From positions 9,803-73,802 of the forward strand of contig CAWDUD010000004.1 in NCBI GenBank assembly GCA_963805415.1: 64,000 nt of DNA, written 5' to 3'. The DNA is from an uncultured Acidimicrobiia bacterium (GTDB taxonomy: Bacteria; Actinomycetota; Acidimicrobiia; IMCC26256; JAENVU01). The notes beneath the pieces were generated by a model. That model saw only the letters and a program-made list of their open reading frames with translations. It had not been told where the DNA came from and did no database searches. Each line of letters begins with the position of its first letter. Within the stretch, counting starts at the first letter, position 1. Position numbers and translations under genes: made by a program. Of this stretch, positions 1 through 9,188 are shown piece after piece.

Positions 1-145
1 GATCCGGGGATCTTCGATCCCGAAGTCGTGGAGACCGCCTGCCGGGCGATGCTGCGAGGTCATCCCGACGCGCCCGTCGCCGCGATCGGGGAACAAGGCA
101 TGTTCGTTCCGATCCCCGAGTCGCTCGAGGTCGGTACGCCATCCG

Positions 146-1615
146 GTGATGGCGGGACGGTCGGCACTCGACCTCGTCGTCCCGGCAGACCGGGCCGCGG
201 TCATCGCCGCCGGGGAGCGGGTTCGCGAGGCCGGGGTGACGAGGCTCGTGGTCCGGCTCGCGAGCGACCCCACGGTCGAGGTGTGGGCGCACATCTTCGA
301 CGTGCGACGGAGACACGGCGCGCTCCTCGTGGTGCTCGTCGGGGCCGGCCCGATCTCCACCGCCAGCCCCGGTCCTGCCGAGCCCGCCTTGCGGCCACGC
401 CTGTTCCGCATGCGCAAGAACGACATCGCGACCTTGACCCACGTCGACGAGGCCGTGACCGGCATCCTCGGCTGGCGTCCGGAGGAACTGCTCGGCCGGG
501 GATCGCTCGACCTCGTCCACCCCGAGGACCAGACCCGCGGCATCGAACACTGGTTGGAGATGCTCAGCGCGCCGGGCAGCCGGCGCCGGCTCCGGCTCCG
601 GCATCGCCATGCCGACGGCAGGTGGGTCTGGCTGGAGCTGACGAACACGAATCGGCTCGACGATCCGGTCGAGCCGTGCGTCGAGACCGACGCCGTCGAC
701 ATCTCCGACGAGATGGCCGCGCACGAAGCGGTCCGAACCCGCGAGCAGCTGCTCCGCCGCATCGCCGAGACGATGCCGCTCGGCCTGATGCACGTCGACG
801 GCGACCGCCGCATCGTGTACGCCAACGAACGCCTCGAGCAGATCCTCGGAGCGGCCGCCGGAGGCACGGTCGACGCGCAGCTCGAGCACGTGATCCCGGC
901 CGACCGGGCGGCGCTCGACGCTGCCCTGACTGCCGTGCTCGACCAGGGCCGCGACGCCGACCTCGAGGTCCGTGTCTGCATCCCCGACCAGGCCGCCGAG
1001 CGACGCGCCCGGCTCCGCCTCGGTGCACTCGTCGACGACGAGGGCGGATCTCTCGGCGCGGTCGTGTGCGTCGACGACGTCACCGAACGCGCGCGCCTCT
1101 ACGCAGAGCTCGAGCACCGCGCCGAGTTCGACGTCCTCACGGAGTGCCGCAGCCGGTCGTCGATCATGGCCATGCTGGAGCAAGCGCTCGAGAAGGGACC
1201 GGTCGGTGTCGTCTTCATGGATCTCGACGGGTTCAAGGACGTCAACGATCTCCACGGCCACGCGACGGGCGACGCCGTCCTGGAGATCGTCGGCCAGCGA
1301 CTCCGCGGCGTCGTCCGCCCGCACGACATCGTCGGTCGGCTGGGAGGCGACGAGTTCCTGGTCGTGTGCACCGACGCCGTCGACGCACCGGCCACGGTCG
1401 CGTGGGCCGAGCGGCTCGCCGCGCGCGTCGGCGAGCCGGTCAGCGTCGGGTCGGTGAGCGTCTCGGTCCGGGCGAGCATGGGCGTGGCGCTCTCCGGTGA
1501 GGGCACTGCCGCAGAGCGGCTCGTCGCCGATGCCGACGTCGCCATGTACGAGGCGAAGCGCACCGGTTCGGGGCCACGTCTCTACACCCCGTCCCTGCGC
1601 CGTCACGCCGGCTGA
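146..1615 (+). CDS. PAS-domain diguanylate cyclase (GGDEF)
   Basis: ORF 146-1615 (489 aa). It has a C-terminal GGDEF domain ('FMDLDGFKDVNDLHGHATGD', active site 'RLGGDEFLVV') and PAS-like segments upstream ('LGWRPEELLGRGSLDLVHPED', 'GLMHVDGDRRIVYANERLEQILG'). Frame 1 of nt 1-140 also reads like coding sequence ('AIGEQGMFVPIPESLEV'), so the gene may begin left of the window with a frame break near 140. Confidence 0.8.
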   Translation: MMAGRSALDLVVPADRAAVIAAGERVREAGVTRLVVRLASDPTVEVWAHIFDVRRRHGALLVVLVGAGPISTASPGPAEPALRPRLFRMRKNDIATLTHVDEAVTGILGWRPEELLGRGSLDLVHPEDQTRGIEHWLEMLSAPGSRRRLRLRHRHADGRWVWLELTNTNRLDDPVEPCVETDAVDISDEMAAHEAVRTREQLLRRIAETMPLGLMHVDGDRRIVYANERLEQILGAAAGGTVDAQLEHVIPADRAALDAALTAVLDQGRDADLEVRVCIPDQAAERRARLRLGALVDDEGGSLGAVVCVDDVTERARLYAELEHRAEFDVLTECRSRSSIMAMLEQALEKGPVGVVFMDLDGFKDVNDLHGHATGDAVLEIVGQRLRGVVRPHDIVGRLGGDEFLVVCTDAVDAPATVAWAERLAARVGEPVSVGSVSVSVRASMGVALSGEGTAAERLVADADVAMYEAKRTGSGPRLYTPSLRRHAG

Positions 1616-1803
1616 TCCCGCCCGCGGGTAGCTCCCTCGCGCGGCCCCGGTGCCTGAGTCGCGCCCCACCCCCGGGGGGCCAGCGGTGCAGATCTCGCCT
1701 TCAGATGCGCCCGGACCCGTTCGATATCACTGGGAGGTCACTCGACTGGCGATGCGTGGGTCGGCCGTGCCGAGAGCGAACCGCGCGGTCAGGAGACATC
1801 CAG

Positions 1804-3558
1804 ATGCGAACTCGACGAATCGGCCCGGTCACGAGAACCCTCATCCTCGCCGCGCTCGGCCTGCTCTCGGGCCTCGCCATCGTCATCGCCTCCGTGGTCA
1901 CCGTTCGCGGCACCCATTCGCTGGCCCGCGAGCAGGCGGCGCGCACCGTCCCCGCCCAGAGTGCGCTCCGCCGGACGTGGGCCGCGGCGACGACCGGCCA
2001 GCAGCTGTTCCTCAGCGCCGTGCAGACCCGGGATCCCACCGAGCGCGCCACCGCGCTCGCCGGCGCGCAGGCCTCCGGTCAGACCCAGGACGCCGCGTGG
2101 GCCGACTACCTGCGTCACGCGCTCGATCGACCCGGCGAGGGTGCGCTCCAGCGGAGCTACACCAAGACGGCGGCGCGCTCCATCGAGCTGGCGGCGAGCC
2201 TCCTCGGCATGAGCCCCGACGACCCCGCGTTCGCCCCGGCGCTGGAGGACGAGCATCAGGTCGCGAACCGGACGAGCGCACTGCTCGCGTCGATCGAGTC
2301 ACGGTTCTACGCCCCGACCCTGCAGCACTCGACGTCGGCGATCGTGACCGGCATCGACGATCTCCGCTCCGTCGTCTACCTCTCGTTCGCCGCGACCGCG
2401 CTCGTCTTCTGCGGATTCGCGCTCTGGCTGTTGCGCGGCTATCGCGACGACGAGCGCCGTATGGCGGCCGACGCAGCCGAGATGACCCTCGAGGCCCGCT
2501 ACTCGAGCCTCGAGACGACCCTGCAACGGGCGCTCGAGATGGAGCACTCCGAGGAGGGCGTCTACGACGTGATCGGCCAGGCCCTGACGATCGTCGACGG
2601 CGAGTGTCCGTCGGAGATGCTGCTCGCGGACTCGAGCCACGCGCACTTCCGGCAGGTGCTGAACACCGCGCCGGAGGCCGATGCCTCCTGCCGGGTCGGG
2701 TCGCCCGAGGAGTGCCCGGCGACGATGAGCGGCCAGACGCAGTTCTTCACCACCAGCTCCTCACTCGACACCTGCCCGTACCTGCGCGGCCGAGCCGACG
2801 AGGTGTGGGCCACGTGCGTGCCGGTCGGCATCGCGGGCCGGGCGACCGGCGTGATGCACATGCAGCGCCCCGTCGAGCTCCCCGCCGTGGACCACGGCCG
2901 CGGTTGGGAGATGATCGCCCGCAAGGCCGGTGACCGCCTCGGCATGCTCCGCGCCTTCGCCCGGTCCGAGACCCAGGCGCACACCGATCCGCTGACCGGG
3001 CTCCTCAACCGCCGCAGCCTCGAGGCCCGCACACGGAACCTCACCGAGGAGGGTCTCCCGTTCGTGGTCGCGTACGGAGACCTCGACCACTTCAAGCTGC
3101 TCAACGACGTGCACGGCCACGACACCGGTGACCGGGCGCTGCGGCTGTTCGCGCGCGTGCTCCGCGACGCTGTCCGCCCGAACGACATCCCCGCCCGCTA
3201 CGGCGGTGAGGAGTTCGTCGTCGTCCTGCCGGACTGCTCGCTCGACAACGCGGTGGAGGTGATCGAGCGCGTGCGCGAGCGACTGCGCAGCGAGCTCGGG
3301 GAGGCGAGCATGCCCCTCTTCACCGTGAGCTTCGGGCTGGCCGCATCCTCCACGACCACCAGCTTCGGCGAGACGGTGGACGCTGCCGACCACGCGCTCC
3401 TGCACTCGAAGCGCGAGGGACGCGACCGCGTCTCCATCGCCGGGCGGGACGGGACCGACGAGGCCGTGGTGATGTCCGCTCCGCCGGCTCCGGACGTGTC
3501 GTCCGCCGCCGAGGGATCGCCGGGAGCGGTCGGAGGCGACGTCTCACATCGCCGCTGA
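1804..3558 (+). CDS. Membrane-anchored sensor diguanylate cyclase (GGDEF)
   Basis: ATG 1804 lies inside ORF 1705-3558. There is a TM helix 'TLILAALGLLSGLAIVIASVV', a helical extracytoplasmic segment, a second TM 'VVYLSFAATALVFCGFALWLL' and a Cys-containing sensor region. The GGDEF domain follows ('AYGDLDHFKLLNDVHGHDTGD', 'RYGGEEFVVVLPD'). Confidence 0.8.
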   Translation: MRTRRIGPVTRTLILAALGLLSGLAIVIASVVTVRGTHSLAREQAARTVPAQSALRRTWAAATTGQQLFLSAVQTRDPTERATALAGAQASGQTQDAAWADYLRHALDRPGEGALQRSYTKTAARSIELAASLLGMSPDDPAFAPALEDEHQVANRTSALLASIESRFYAPTLQHSTSAIVTGIDDLRSVVYLSFAATALVFCGFALWLLRGYRDDERRMAADAAEMTLEARYSSLETTLQRALEMEHSEEGVYDVIGQALTIVDGECPSEMLLADSSHAHFRQVLNTAPEADASCRVGSPEECPATMSGQTQFFTTSSSLDTCPYLRGRADEVWATCVPVGIAGRATGVMHMQRPVELPAVDHGRGWEMIARKAGDRLGMLRAFARSETQAHTDPLTGLLNRRSLEARTRNLTEEGLPFVVAYGDLDHFKLLNDVHGHDTGDRALRLFARVLRDAVRPNDIPARYGGEEFVVVLPDCSLDNAVEVIERVRERLRSELGEASMPLFTVSFGLAASSTTTSFGETVDAADHALLHSKREGRDRVSIAGRDGTDEAVVMSAPPAPDVSSAAEGSPGAVGGDVSHRR

Positions 3559-3598
3559 TCCCCGCGAAGGGGACGGAGGTCACGCGCCGCGGATCAGC
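3554..3598. terminator. Imperfect hairpin between convergent genes
   Basis: GCTGATCC(cc)GCG ... CGC GGATCAGC spans both stop codons (TGA 3556-3558 on plus; TCA 3594-3596 = TGA on minus). There is no U-tract. Confidence 0.3.
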
Positions 3599-5582
3599 CC
3601 CGACCGATCGGGTGCAGGGTCGGGGTGTGCGGTGGCCCGTCGATCGCGAGGATCGAGAGCTCGTTGCGCCCCGGGTGCAGGAGCGACTCCGACACCGCGA
3701 ATCGCGCCCGGTGGTCCTCGGCCGGCGTGTAGGTCCCGGTCACGATCCCGTTCACGACGAGCGCGACGGTCGAGTCCGCGCCGACCCGGACGTCGGCCCG
3801 CACCATCGTCGGGACGCGGCCCGACTGCGGGTCGTACTCGAGCGTCCTCTCGTCCAGCCGGACGCGACCGGTCACGGGAGCACCCGAACCCAGGGTGTCG
3901 GCGGGACGTCCGACAACGTCCGGGTACGCGCCGGTGCGCAGCGGTGCCAGCGCGTCGCTCCCCCGGTAGCCGGGAGCACGCGTGAGCAGGTCGTGGAACC
4001 GTTGCGTCCCGTGGATCTCGATCCGCCCGTCGGCGTCGGTCTTCACCTGGTTCTGGTCGAACGGCACGAGGTACTTCGTCGAGGTCTTCCGGTCCGGTCC
4101 GCGCAGCGAGCGCCCGTCGACCGGAGCGGTCAGGTCGACGCCGACGATGTCGGCGACGGTGGGGAGGATGTCGACGGACTCGGCGTTGCGGTCGTCCACG
4201 CGACCGGCGGTCTGGCCCGGCGACTTGATGAAGAGCGGGCTCCACGCGATCTCGGTCAGGTTCTGCGGCGTAGTGGCGCGGAGCGGTTGCATGTCGTCGA
4301 ACGCCACGCCGTGGTCCGCGGTCACGACCAGCAGCGACCGGTCGAGCGCGCCGCGTGCCTGCAGGCGGTCGAGCACCTCGCCGAGCAGGTGGTCGGTGTA
4401 CTGGAGCTGGAGCAGGTGGCGCTCGCGCCCGACGCGCGCCACCTCAGGGTCGACCCACACGTACGTATAGGGCGAGATGCCGTTGTCCGTGCCCTCGTCG
4501 TAGGTCCGGCCCGAGGGCAGGAGATCCCAGGGCACGTGCGGGAGGATGGCGTGCACGAAGTCCAGGCGGGGTCCCGCGGTCGCCGCGATGTCGCGGGTGA
4601 AGTCCTCGAACCTCGGCCCGCGGTCCGCCTGATCGGCCCCGATCATCACGTCGACGGCCGGCCCGGCGCGGTGGAACCGATCCATCCACAGGTGAACCGA
4701 CGGCCGCACCAGGTGCCGGACCCCACCACCGGCGCTGCCGACGCACAGGCGCGGCGGGCACAGGGCGGTCAGCGGCTCGTCGACGTGGAAGGTGTAGCCG
4801 GGTCCGAGCAGTGTGAACAGGTTCTGGGGGTACTGGCTGACGACCGGTGCCACCGGGTGGCCGGCGGGGATGCGGCCGCTCAGGATCGCCGGAACGGCCC
4901 GACCCGTCGTCGCGGCCACGGTCGTGTTGTTGCGGTACCAGGTGCTCATCGACGCGAGCCGCTCGAAGTTCGGGAACACCTTCGGATCGATGCCGCCGGT
5001 GCCGTCGAGCAATGACGCGGTCGGGAACTCGTCGAAGACGAGGAACACCACGGGGACGTGCGCGCCGCTCGTGGCCGTCTCCGCATTGGAGCCCTCGAGG
5101 ATGTCGGCCGCGGGCGAGAAGAACAGGAAGATCACGAGGAAGAGCACTGGCGCCGCGGCGAGGTAGTCGACGAACTGCCGGGCATTGACGAAGCGCAGCC
5201 AGAGCCAGGCCGCCACCCCCGCCGTGAGCACCGCCAGCACCCAGATCGGCCCACGCGACCACGTGCCGGACTGGATCAGCGTCTGGGCGACGAAGATCGC
5301 GACCAACACCGCCAGCACACCGACGTGGACCGCCGTGCGGACCCTCGAACCGAGCCACCGGGTCGGCAGACCCGCCAGCCAGAGCACCAGGGGTGGACCG
5401 AGGACCCAGAGGATGGCGAACAGCACCACGGTGCGCCCGGTCGCACCGACCTCGAGCAGCGTCTCGGGCGACTCGCCGAAGGAGGCGAGCACCGGTCGGG
5501 CGAAGACGAATCCGCACACGCCGACCAGCTGCAGCAGGAACCCGAGCTCCTGACGGACCGTCGCACGTGAAGGCCGTCTCAA
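3594..5582 (-). CDS. Membrane-bound sulfatase/alkaline-phosphatase-superfamily transferase (LtaS-like architecture)
   Basis: 662-aa ORF. Several N-terminal TM helices are followed by a sulfatase-fold domain ('VVFLVFDEFPTASLLD', 'LLVVTADHGVAF', 'AESVDILPTVADIVG'). Confidence 0.7.
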   Translation of the reverse strand: MRRPSRATVRQELGFLLQLVGVCGFVFARPVLASFGESPETLLEVGATGRTVVLFAILWVLGPPLVLWLAGLPTRWLGSRVRTAVHVGVLAVLVAIFVAQTLIQSGTWSRGPIWVLAVLTAGVAAWLWLRFVNARQFVDYLAAAPVLFLVIFLFFSPAADILEGSNAETATSGAHVPVVFLVFDEFPTASLLDGTGGIDPKVFPNFERLASMSTWYRNNTTVAATTGRAVPAILSGRIPAGHPVAPVVSQYPQNLFTLLGPGYTFHVDEPLTALCPPRLCVGSAGGGVRHLVRPSVHLWMDRFHRAGPAVDVMIGADQADRGPRFEDFTRDIAATAGPRLDFVHAILPHVPWDLLPSGRTYDEGTDNGISPYTYVWVDPEVARVGRERHLLQLQYTDHLLGEVLDRLQARGALDRSLLVVTADHGVAFDDMQPLRATTPQNLTEIAWSPLFIKSPGQTAGRVDDRNAESVDILPTVADIVGVDLTAPVDGRSLRGPDRKTSTKYLVPFDQNQVKTDADGRIEIHGTQRFHDLLTRAPGYRGSDALAPLRTGAYPDVVGRPADTLGSGAPVTGRVRLDERTLEYDPQSGRVPTMVRADVRVGADSTVALVVNGIVTGTYTPAEDHRARFAVSESLLHPGRNELSILAIDGPPHTPTLHPIGRG

Positions 5583-5708
5583 CTCGCAGTCCCCCGGGGA
5601 CGATCGGTCGGCAGCGGCCCCGAAGTCGTGTCCCCTACGTCCTCGGTGGACCAGTGAGACTACGCGAGCCCTCGATCGAAGGACGCGCGGGCCGCTGCCG
5701 ACCTCCGG

Positions 5709-6314
5709 CTACTCGATGACCTTGTCCTTGGGTGTCCGCATGGCGTGGACGAATCCGGCGATCGAGGCCAGGAAGAGGACCAGGGCGGCCATGAAGGCGA
5801 CCAGCGCCGCCTGCTCGGCCTTGCGACCGAACTCGCTGAAGCCGTAGGAGGTGAGGAGCAGACCGCGCAGCGTCTCACCGCGGAAGAGCGTCTGGACCTT
5901 GCCGTCGAGCTCGGTCGCCTTCGCGTCGAGCGCCTTCGCGTCGGCCGCGCCATTCTCCTGGGCCGCGGTGGCCTCCGTGCGCAGTGCCCGGGCGTCGTTG
6001 CTCGTCTGCGAGTAGGTCTTGCCACCGTTGACCTCGCTCAGATGGAGCGCGATGTACCGGTTCGCGTAGCACTCGGCCTGCTTGCCCTCGACGAGCGGCT
6101 TGCCCGCGTTGTCGACGAGGCACGACGCCTTCTTCTCGGCCGGTTGCAGCGCCTGCGCCGGTGTGAACGTGATGCGCTGGGCACGCAGCTGGTCGTGGAC
6201 GTAATTGTTCGCGAAGCTCGCGTTGGACTGCAACACGAGTCCCAACACGAGCAGCAGCGCGGCGAGCAACAGCCCGCCGGCCACGAAGAATTTGTCCAGT
6301 GTCGATCGCTTCAC
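5709..6314 (-). CDS. Hypothetical membrane protein (two terminal TM helices)
   Basis: GTG 6314 has a GGGAG Shine-Dalgarno-like sequence about 6 nt upstream; 201 codons. TM helices 'FFVAGGLLLAALLLVLGLVL' and 'AALVAFMAALVLFLASIAGFV' flank a soluble segment. The remainder of the 788-aa ORF call is antisense read-through of the neighbouring dehydrogenase gene. Confidence 0.55.
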   Translation of the reverse strand: MKRSTLDKFFVAGGLLLAALLLVLGLVLQSNASFANNYVHDQLRAQRITFTPAQALQPAEKKASCLVDNAGKPLVEGKQAECYANRYIALHLSEVNGGKTYSQTSNDARALRTEATAAQENGAADAKALDAKATELDGKVQTLFRGETLRGLLLTSYGFSEFGRKAEQAALVAFMAALVLFLASIAGFVHAMRTPKDKVIE

Positions 6315-6482
6315 GGGGAACTCCCTGGTTGTCGGGCGTCCGGAAGCCCCGGACGGCATCCCTGTCAGTGTCGGGATCGCCCGGCGCGCACCCCAGGGCC
6401 GGAGGTCCCTGTTCCGGCGACCGACCGGCCCGTCTCGGGCGCAGATCGGCTGCCGGCCCGCCGGCGCGCCAGACTGTCGACG

Positions 6483-8228
6483 ATGACCGACTACGTCCCT
6501 CCCCTCGCCGACATCGAAGCCGTCCTGGACCAGTGCGGGCTCACCGAGATCGTCACCTACCCCGACTTCGCCCACGTCGACGCCACCGCCGTCCCGGACC
6601 TCCTGAGCGAGGCCGGGCGGTTCTTCGCCGAGACCGTGGCCCCGCTGAACGTGATCGGTGACCAGGTCGGGAGCGTGCACAATCCCGACAACACGGTCAC
6701 CACGCCACCGGGCTTCGCCTCGGCCTACCAGCAGTACGTCGAGGCCGGCTGGGGTGCGGTCGCCGCGTCCCCCGAGTACGACGGCGGGGGATTCCCGTTC
6801 CTGGTGGGCGTCGTACTCGAGGAGCTGATCTCCACCGCGAACCTGTCCTTCAGCATGTGCCCGCTGCTCTCGCAGGGAGCCTCCCGCCTGCTCGAGGCCC
6901 ATGGCTCGGACGAGCTCAAGGCCACGTACATGCCGAAGATGATCACGGGCGAATGGACCGGGACGATGTGCCTGACCGAACCCGACGCGGGGTCGGACCT
7001 CGGCGCCATCCGCACCAGGGCGGAACCCCAGCCGGACGGCAGCTATCGCATCAGCGGGACGAAGATCTTCATCACCTTCGGCGAGCACGACCTGAGCGAC
7101 CAGATCGTGCACCTCGTGCTCGCCCGCACGCCGGACGCTCCCGCGGGCACCAAGGGCATCTCCTGCTTCGTGGTGCCCAAACGTCTCGTGGGTGCCGACG
7201 GGTCCCTCGGTGAACGCAACGACGTCGCGTGCCTCTCGATCGAGCACAAGATGGGCATCAAGGCCAGCCCGACCTGCGTGCTCTCGTTCGGTGAGGACGG
7301 CGAGGGCGCCGTCGGCGAGCTGGTCGGCGAGCTCCACGGCGGAATGGTCGCGATGTTCACGATGATGAACCACGCCCGCATCGGCGTGGCCGTCGAGGGT
7401 CTGGCGCTGGCCGAGCGCGCCTACCAGCAGGCCCACGCCTACGCCGCCGAGCGGCTCCAGGGCCGGACTCCGTCGACGCCCCGCGGCGAGCGCGCGCCGA
7501 TCATCGAGCACCCGGACGTGCAGCGCATGCTGCTCACGATGGAGTCGACCATCCAGGCGATGCGTCGGCTCATCTACACGACGGCGGCCGCGATCGACCG
7601 CGCCGAGCACGCCCCGGACGCCGAGGTGCGCGAGCGCAACGAGGAGATCGCGGCCCTCTTGACGCCGCTCGCCAAGGCGTGGTCCACCGACGCCGGGTTC
7701 GACGTGACCTCGCTCGGCGTGCAGATCCACGGGGGCATGGGCTTCATCGAGGAGACCGGTGCGGCGCAGCACCTCCGCGACGCCCGCATCGCGATGATCT
7801 ACGAGGGCACGAACGGGATCCAGGCGATGGACCTCGTGGGACGCAAGCTGGGGATGCGCGGGGGCGCCGTGGTGATGGAGCACTTCGAGCGGATCGCCGC
7901 CGACGTCGCCGCCGTGACCGATCCGGATCTCACCGCGTCGTGCGATGCGATCACCGCCGCGGCGTCCGCCGCCCGTGAGGCCTCGGCGTGGCTGGGCCGG
8001 GTGGAGACCGTCGAGGACGCACTCGCCGGGGCGACGCCGTACCTGCGGCTCCTCGCGATGCTGACGGCCGGGCACCTGATGCTCCGGTCCGCGACCGCCG
8101 CGGCGGACACGAGCCGTGCGGGGGATCAGAAGCGCGTGACGCGCTTCTTCTGCGAGCAGCTGTTGCCGACGGCGACGGCGCTCCTGCCGGCGATCACGGC
8201 CGGCGCGGAGGCACTGGCCGGTGCGTGA
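6483..8228 (+). CDS. Long acyl-CoA dehydrogenase (FadE5/AidB-like, extra C-terminal domain)
   Basis: ATG 6483 in ORF 5745-8228; 581 aa. Motifs: 'GEWTGTMCLTEPDAGSDLG', 'ISGTKIFITFGEHD', 'QIHGGMGFIEETGAAQHLRDARIAMIYEGTNGIQ'. Confidence 0.88.
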   Translation: MTDYVPPLADIEAVLDQCGLTEIVTYPDFAHVDATAVPDLLSEAGRFFAETVAPLNVIGDQVGSVHNPDNTVTTPPGFASAYQQYVEAGWGAVAASPEYDGGGFPFLVGVVLEELISTANLSFSMCPLLSQGASRLLEAHGSDELKATYMPKMITGEWTGTMCLTEPDAGSDLGAIRTRAEPQPDGSYRISGTKIFITFGEHDLSDQIVHLVLARTPDAPAGTKGISCFVVPKRLVGADGSLGERNDVACLSIEHKMGIKASPTCVLSFGEDGEGAVGELVGELHGGMVAMFTMMNHARIGVAVEGLALAERAYQQAHAYAAERLQGRTPSTPRGERAPIIEHPDVQRMLLTMESTIQAMRRLIYTTAAAIDRAEHAPDAEVRERNEEIAALLTPLAKAWSTDAGFDVTSLGVQIHGGMGFIEETGAAQHLRDARIAMIYEGTNGIQAMDLVGRKLGMRGGAVVMEHFERIAADVAAVTDPDLTASCDAITAAASAAREASAWLGRVETVEDALAGATPYLRLLAMLTAGHLMLRSATAAADTSRAGDQKRVTRFFCEQLLPTATALLPAITAGAEALAGA

Positions 8229-8229
8229 G

Positions 8230-8305
8230 TGGCTCCGGGGGAGAGACTCGAACTCTCAGCCTTGGGATTAACAATCCCCTGCTCCGCCGATTGAGCTACC
8301 CCGGA
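8230..8305 (-). tRNA. tRNA-Asn (anticodon GTT)
   Basis: The reverse complement folds as a 76-nt cloverleaf: acceptor TCCGGGG/CCCCGGA, D arm GCTC-AATCGGCG-GAGC, anticodon arm GGGGA-TTGTTAA-TCCCA (GTT at 34-36), T arm GAGAG-TTCGAGT-CTCTC, discriminator G and encoded CCA. It begins 1 nt after the dehydrogenase stop codon. Confidence 0.93.
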
Positions 8306-8839
8306 AGGGCCTCTGACGATAGCAAAGCCCTCACGAGCCCCATGACACCGCGGTGGGTGCGTGAGCAGCAGTATTCGACCCGAGCGAGTCCGTGTTCGTG
8401 CTTGTTGCGTCGGATGGATGCATCGGGGACCGCCCGGTAGGGCTTGCCGAACTGGATGTCGGGGATCCCGGTCACCGCGACCCAGTGCGCAATCGCGGCC
8501 TCCAGATCCAGACCCTGGTGCAGATAGAGGCGCACGCGGAGCCGTGACTCGTCGATCTCGAAGAAGCGGCGGAGCCAGGACAGGAAGGTCGCGATCATCG
8601 CGGCATCACAGTTCGCGAAGCTGACCGCTCCGTCGGTCTTCCCGCCCTCACCGGCGTAGAGGGCGGTGCCGGCGGCGAGGAAGGCCTCCTCGGACAGCCT
8701 GCCGATCTGCTCGGTGCCCCAAGGCGTTCATGGCGTCGATCTCGGCGAGCTTGGCCACGTGCAGCGAGCTCGGGCTGCGAAAGCGCGGACGCTGCCGCGG
8801 CCTGGGGTCGAAGACGACGTCCCGGACCCACACGGACAC
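8296..8839 (-). pseudogene. LAGLIDADG-like endonuclease-type protein, frame-broken (tentative family)
   Basis: There are two minus-strand pieces. Piece 8839->about 8720 reads 'MSVWVRDVVFDPRP...LHVAKLAEIDAMNALG'. Piece 8727->8296 reads 'TEQIGRLSEEAFLAAGTALYAGEGGKTDGAVSFANCDAAMIATFLSWLRRFF...'. They join if the C4 run at 8717-8720 is shortened by one base. 'LYAGEGGK' resembles a LAGLIDADG-type motif. The 3' end overlaps the tRNA 5' end by 10 nt. Confidence 0.4.
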
Positions 8840-8924
8840 CGACGACCCGGAGCATCCTGGGCGAACGTACGTTCACTGCCACCCGGTCGACATCGCGCCC
8901 GCCCGACGCGCTAGGAAGGGGGCG

Positions 8925-9161
8925 ATGAAGTTCCGACTCGGCCTCGTCCTCGGCTTCGGCCTCGGCTACTACCTCGGCGCCCGTGCCGGACGTGCCCGCT
9001 ACGAGCAGATGCGCCGCCGGCTCGAGCGCCTGCGCGACAGCCGTGTCTTCGAGCGCATGCAGGCCGCCGTCGAGCTCGGCGTGGAGCGCCTGCGTACGGA
9101 CGACGAGGACGCGGAGAACCCGCTCCGTCTCGTCGAGCCCGCGGCCGACGCACGCGGCTGA
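8925..9161 (+). CDS. Small membrane protein (78 aa)
   Basis: ATG 8925 is preceded by AGGAAGGGGG. N-terminal TM 'FRLGLVLGFGLGYYLGA' is followed by a charged helical tail. Confidence 0.5.
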   Translation: MKFRLGLVLGFGLGYYLGARAGRARYEQMRRRLERLRDSRVFERMQAAVELGVERLRTDDEDAENPLRLVEPAADARG

Positions 9162-9188
9162 CGTCCGGGTGCCACGCACCCGGACGGC

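Noticed and set aside
28-1500. 490-aa Arg-rich ORF in frame 1
   Set aside because: It overlaps the PAS-GGDEF gene out of frame. Apart from its first roughly 40 codons it is Arg/Pro/Gly low-complexity sequence.
5709-8075. 788-aa minus-strand ORF
   Set aside because: Only the last 201 codons (from GTG 6314) look like a real membrane protein. The rest is antisense to the acyl-CoA dehydrogenase gene.
8230-8925. Integrated element at tRNA-Asn
   Set aside because: The extra gene lies on the 5' side of the tRNA, whereas integrative elements normally target the 3' end. There is no integrase and no repeat of the tRNA 3' end nearby.
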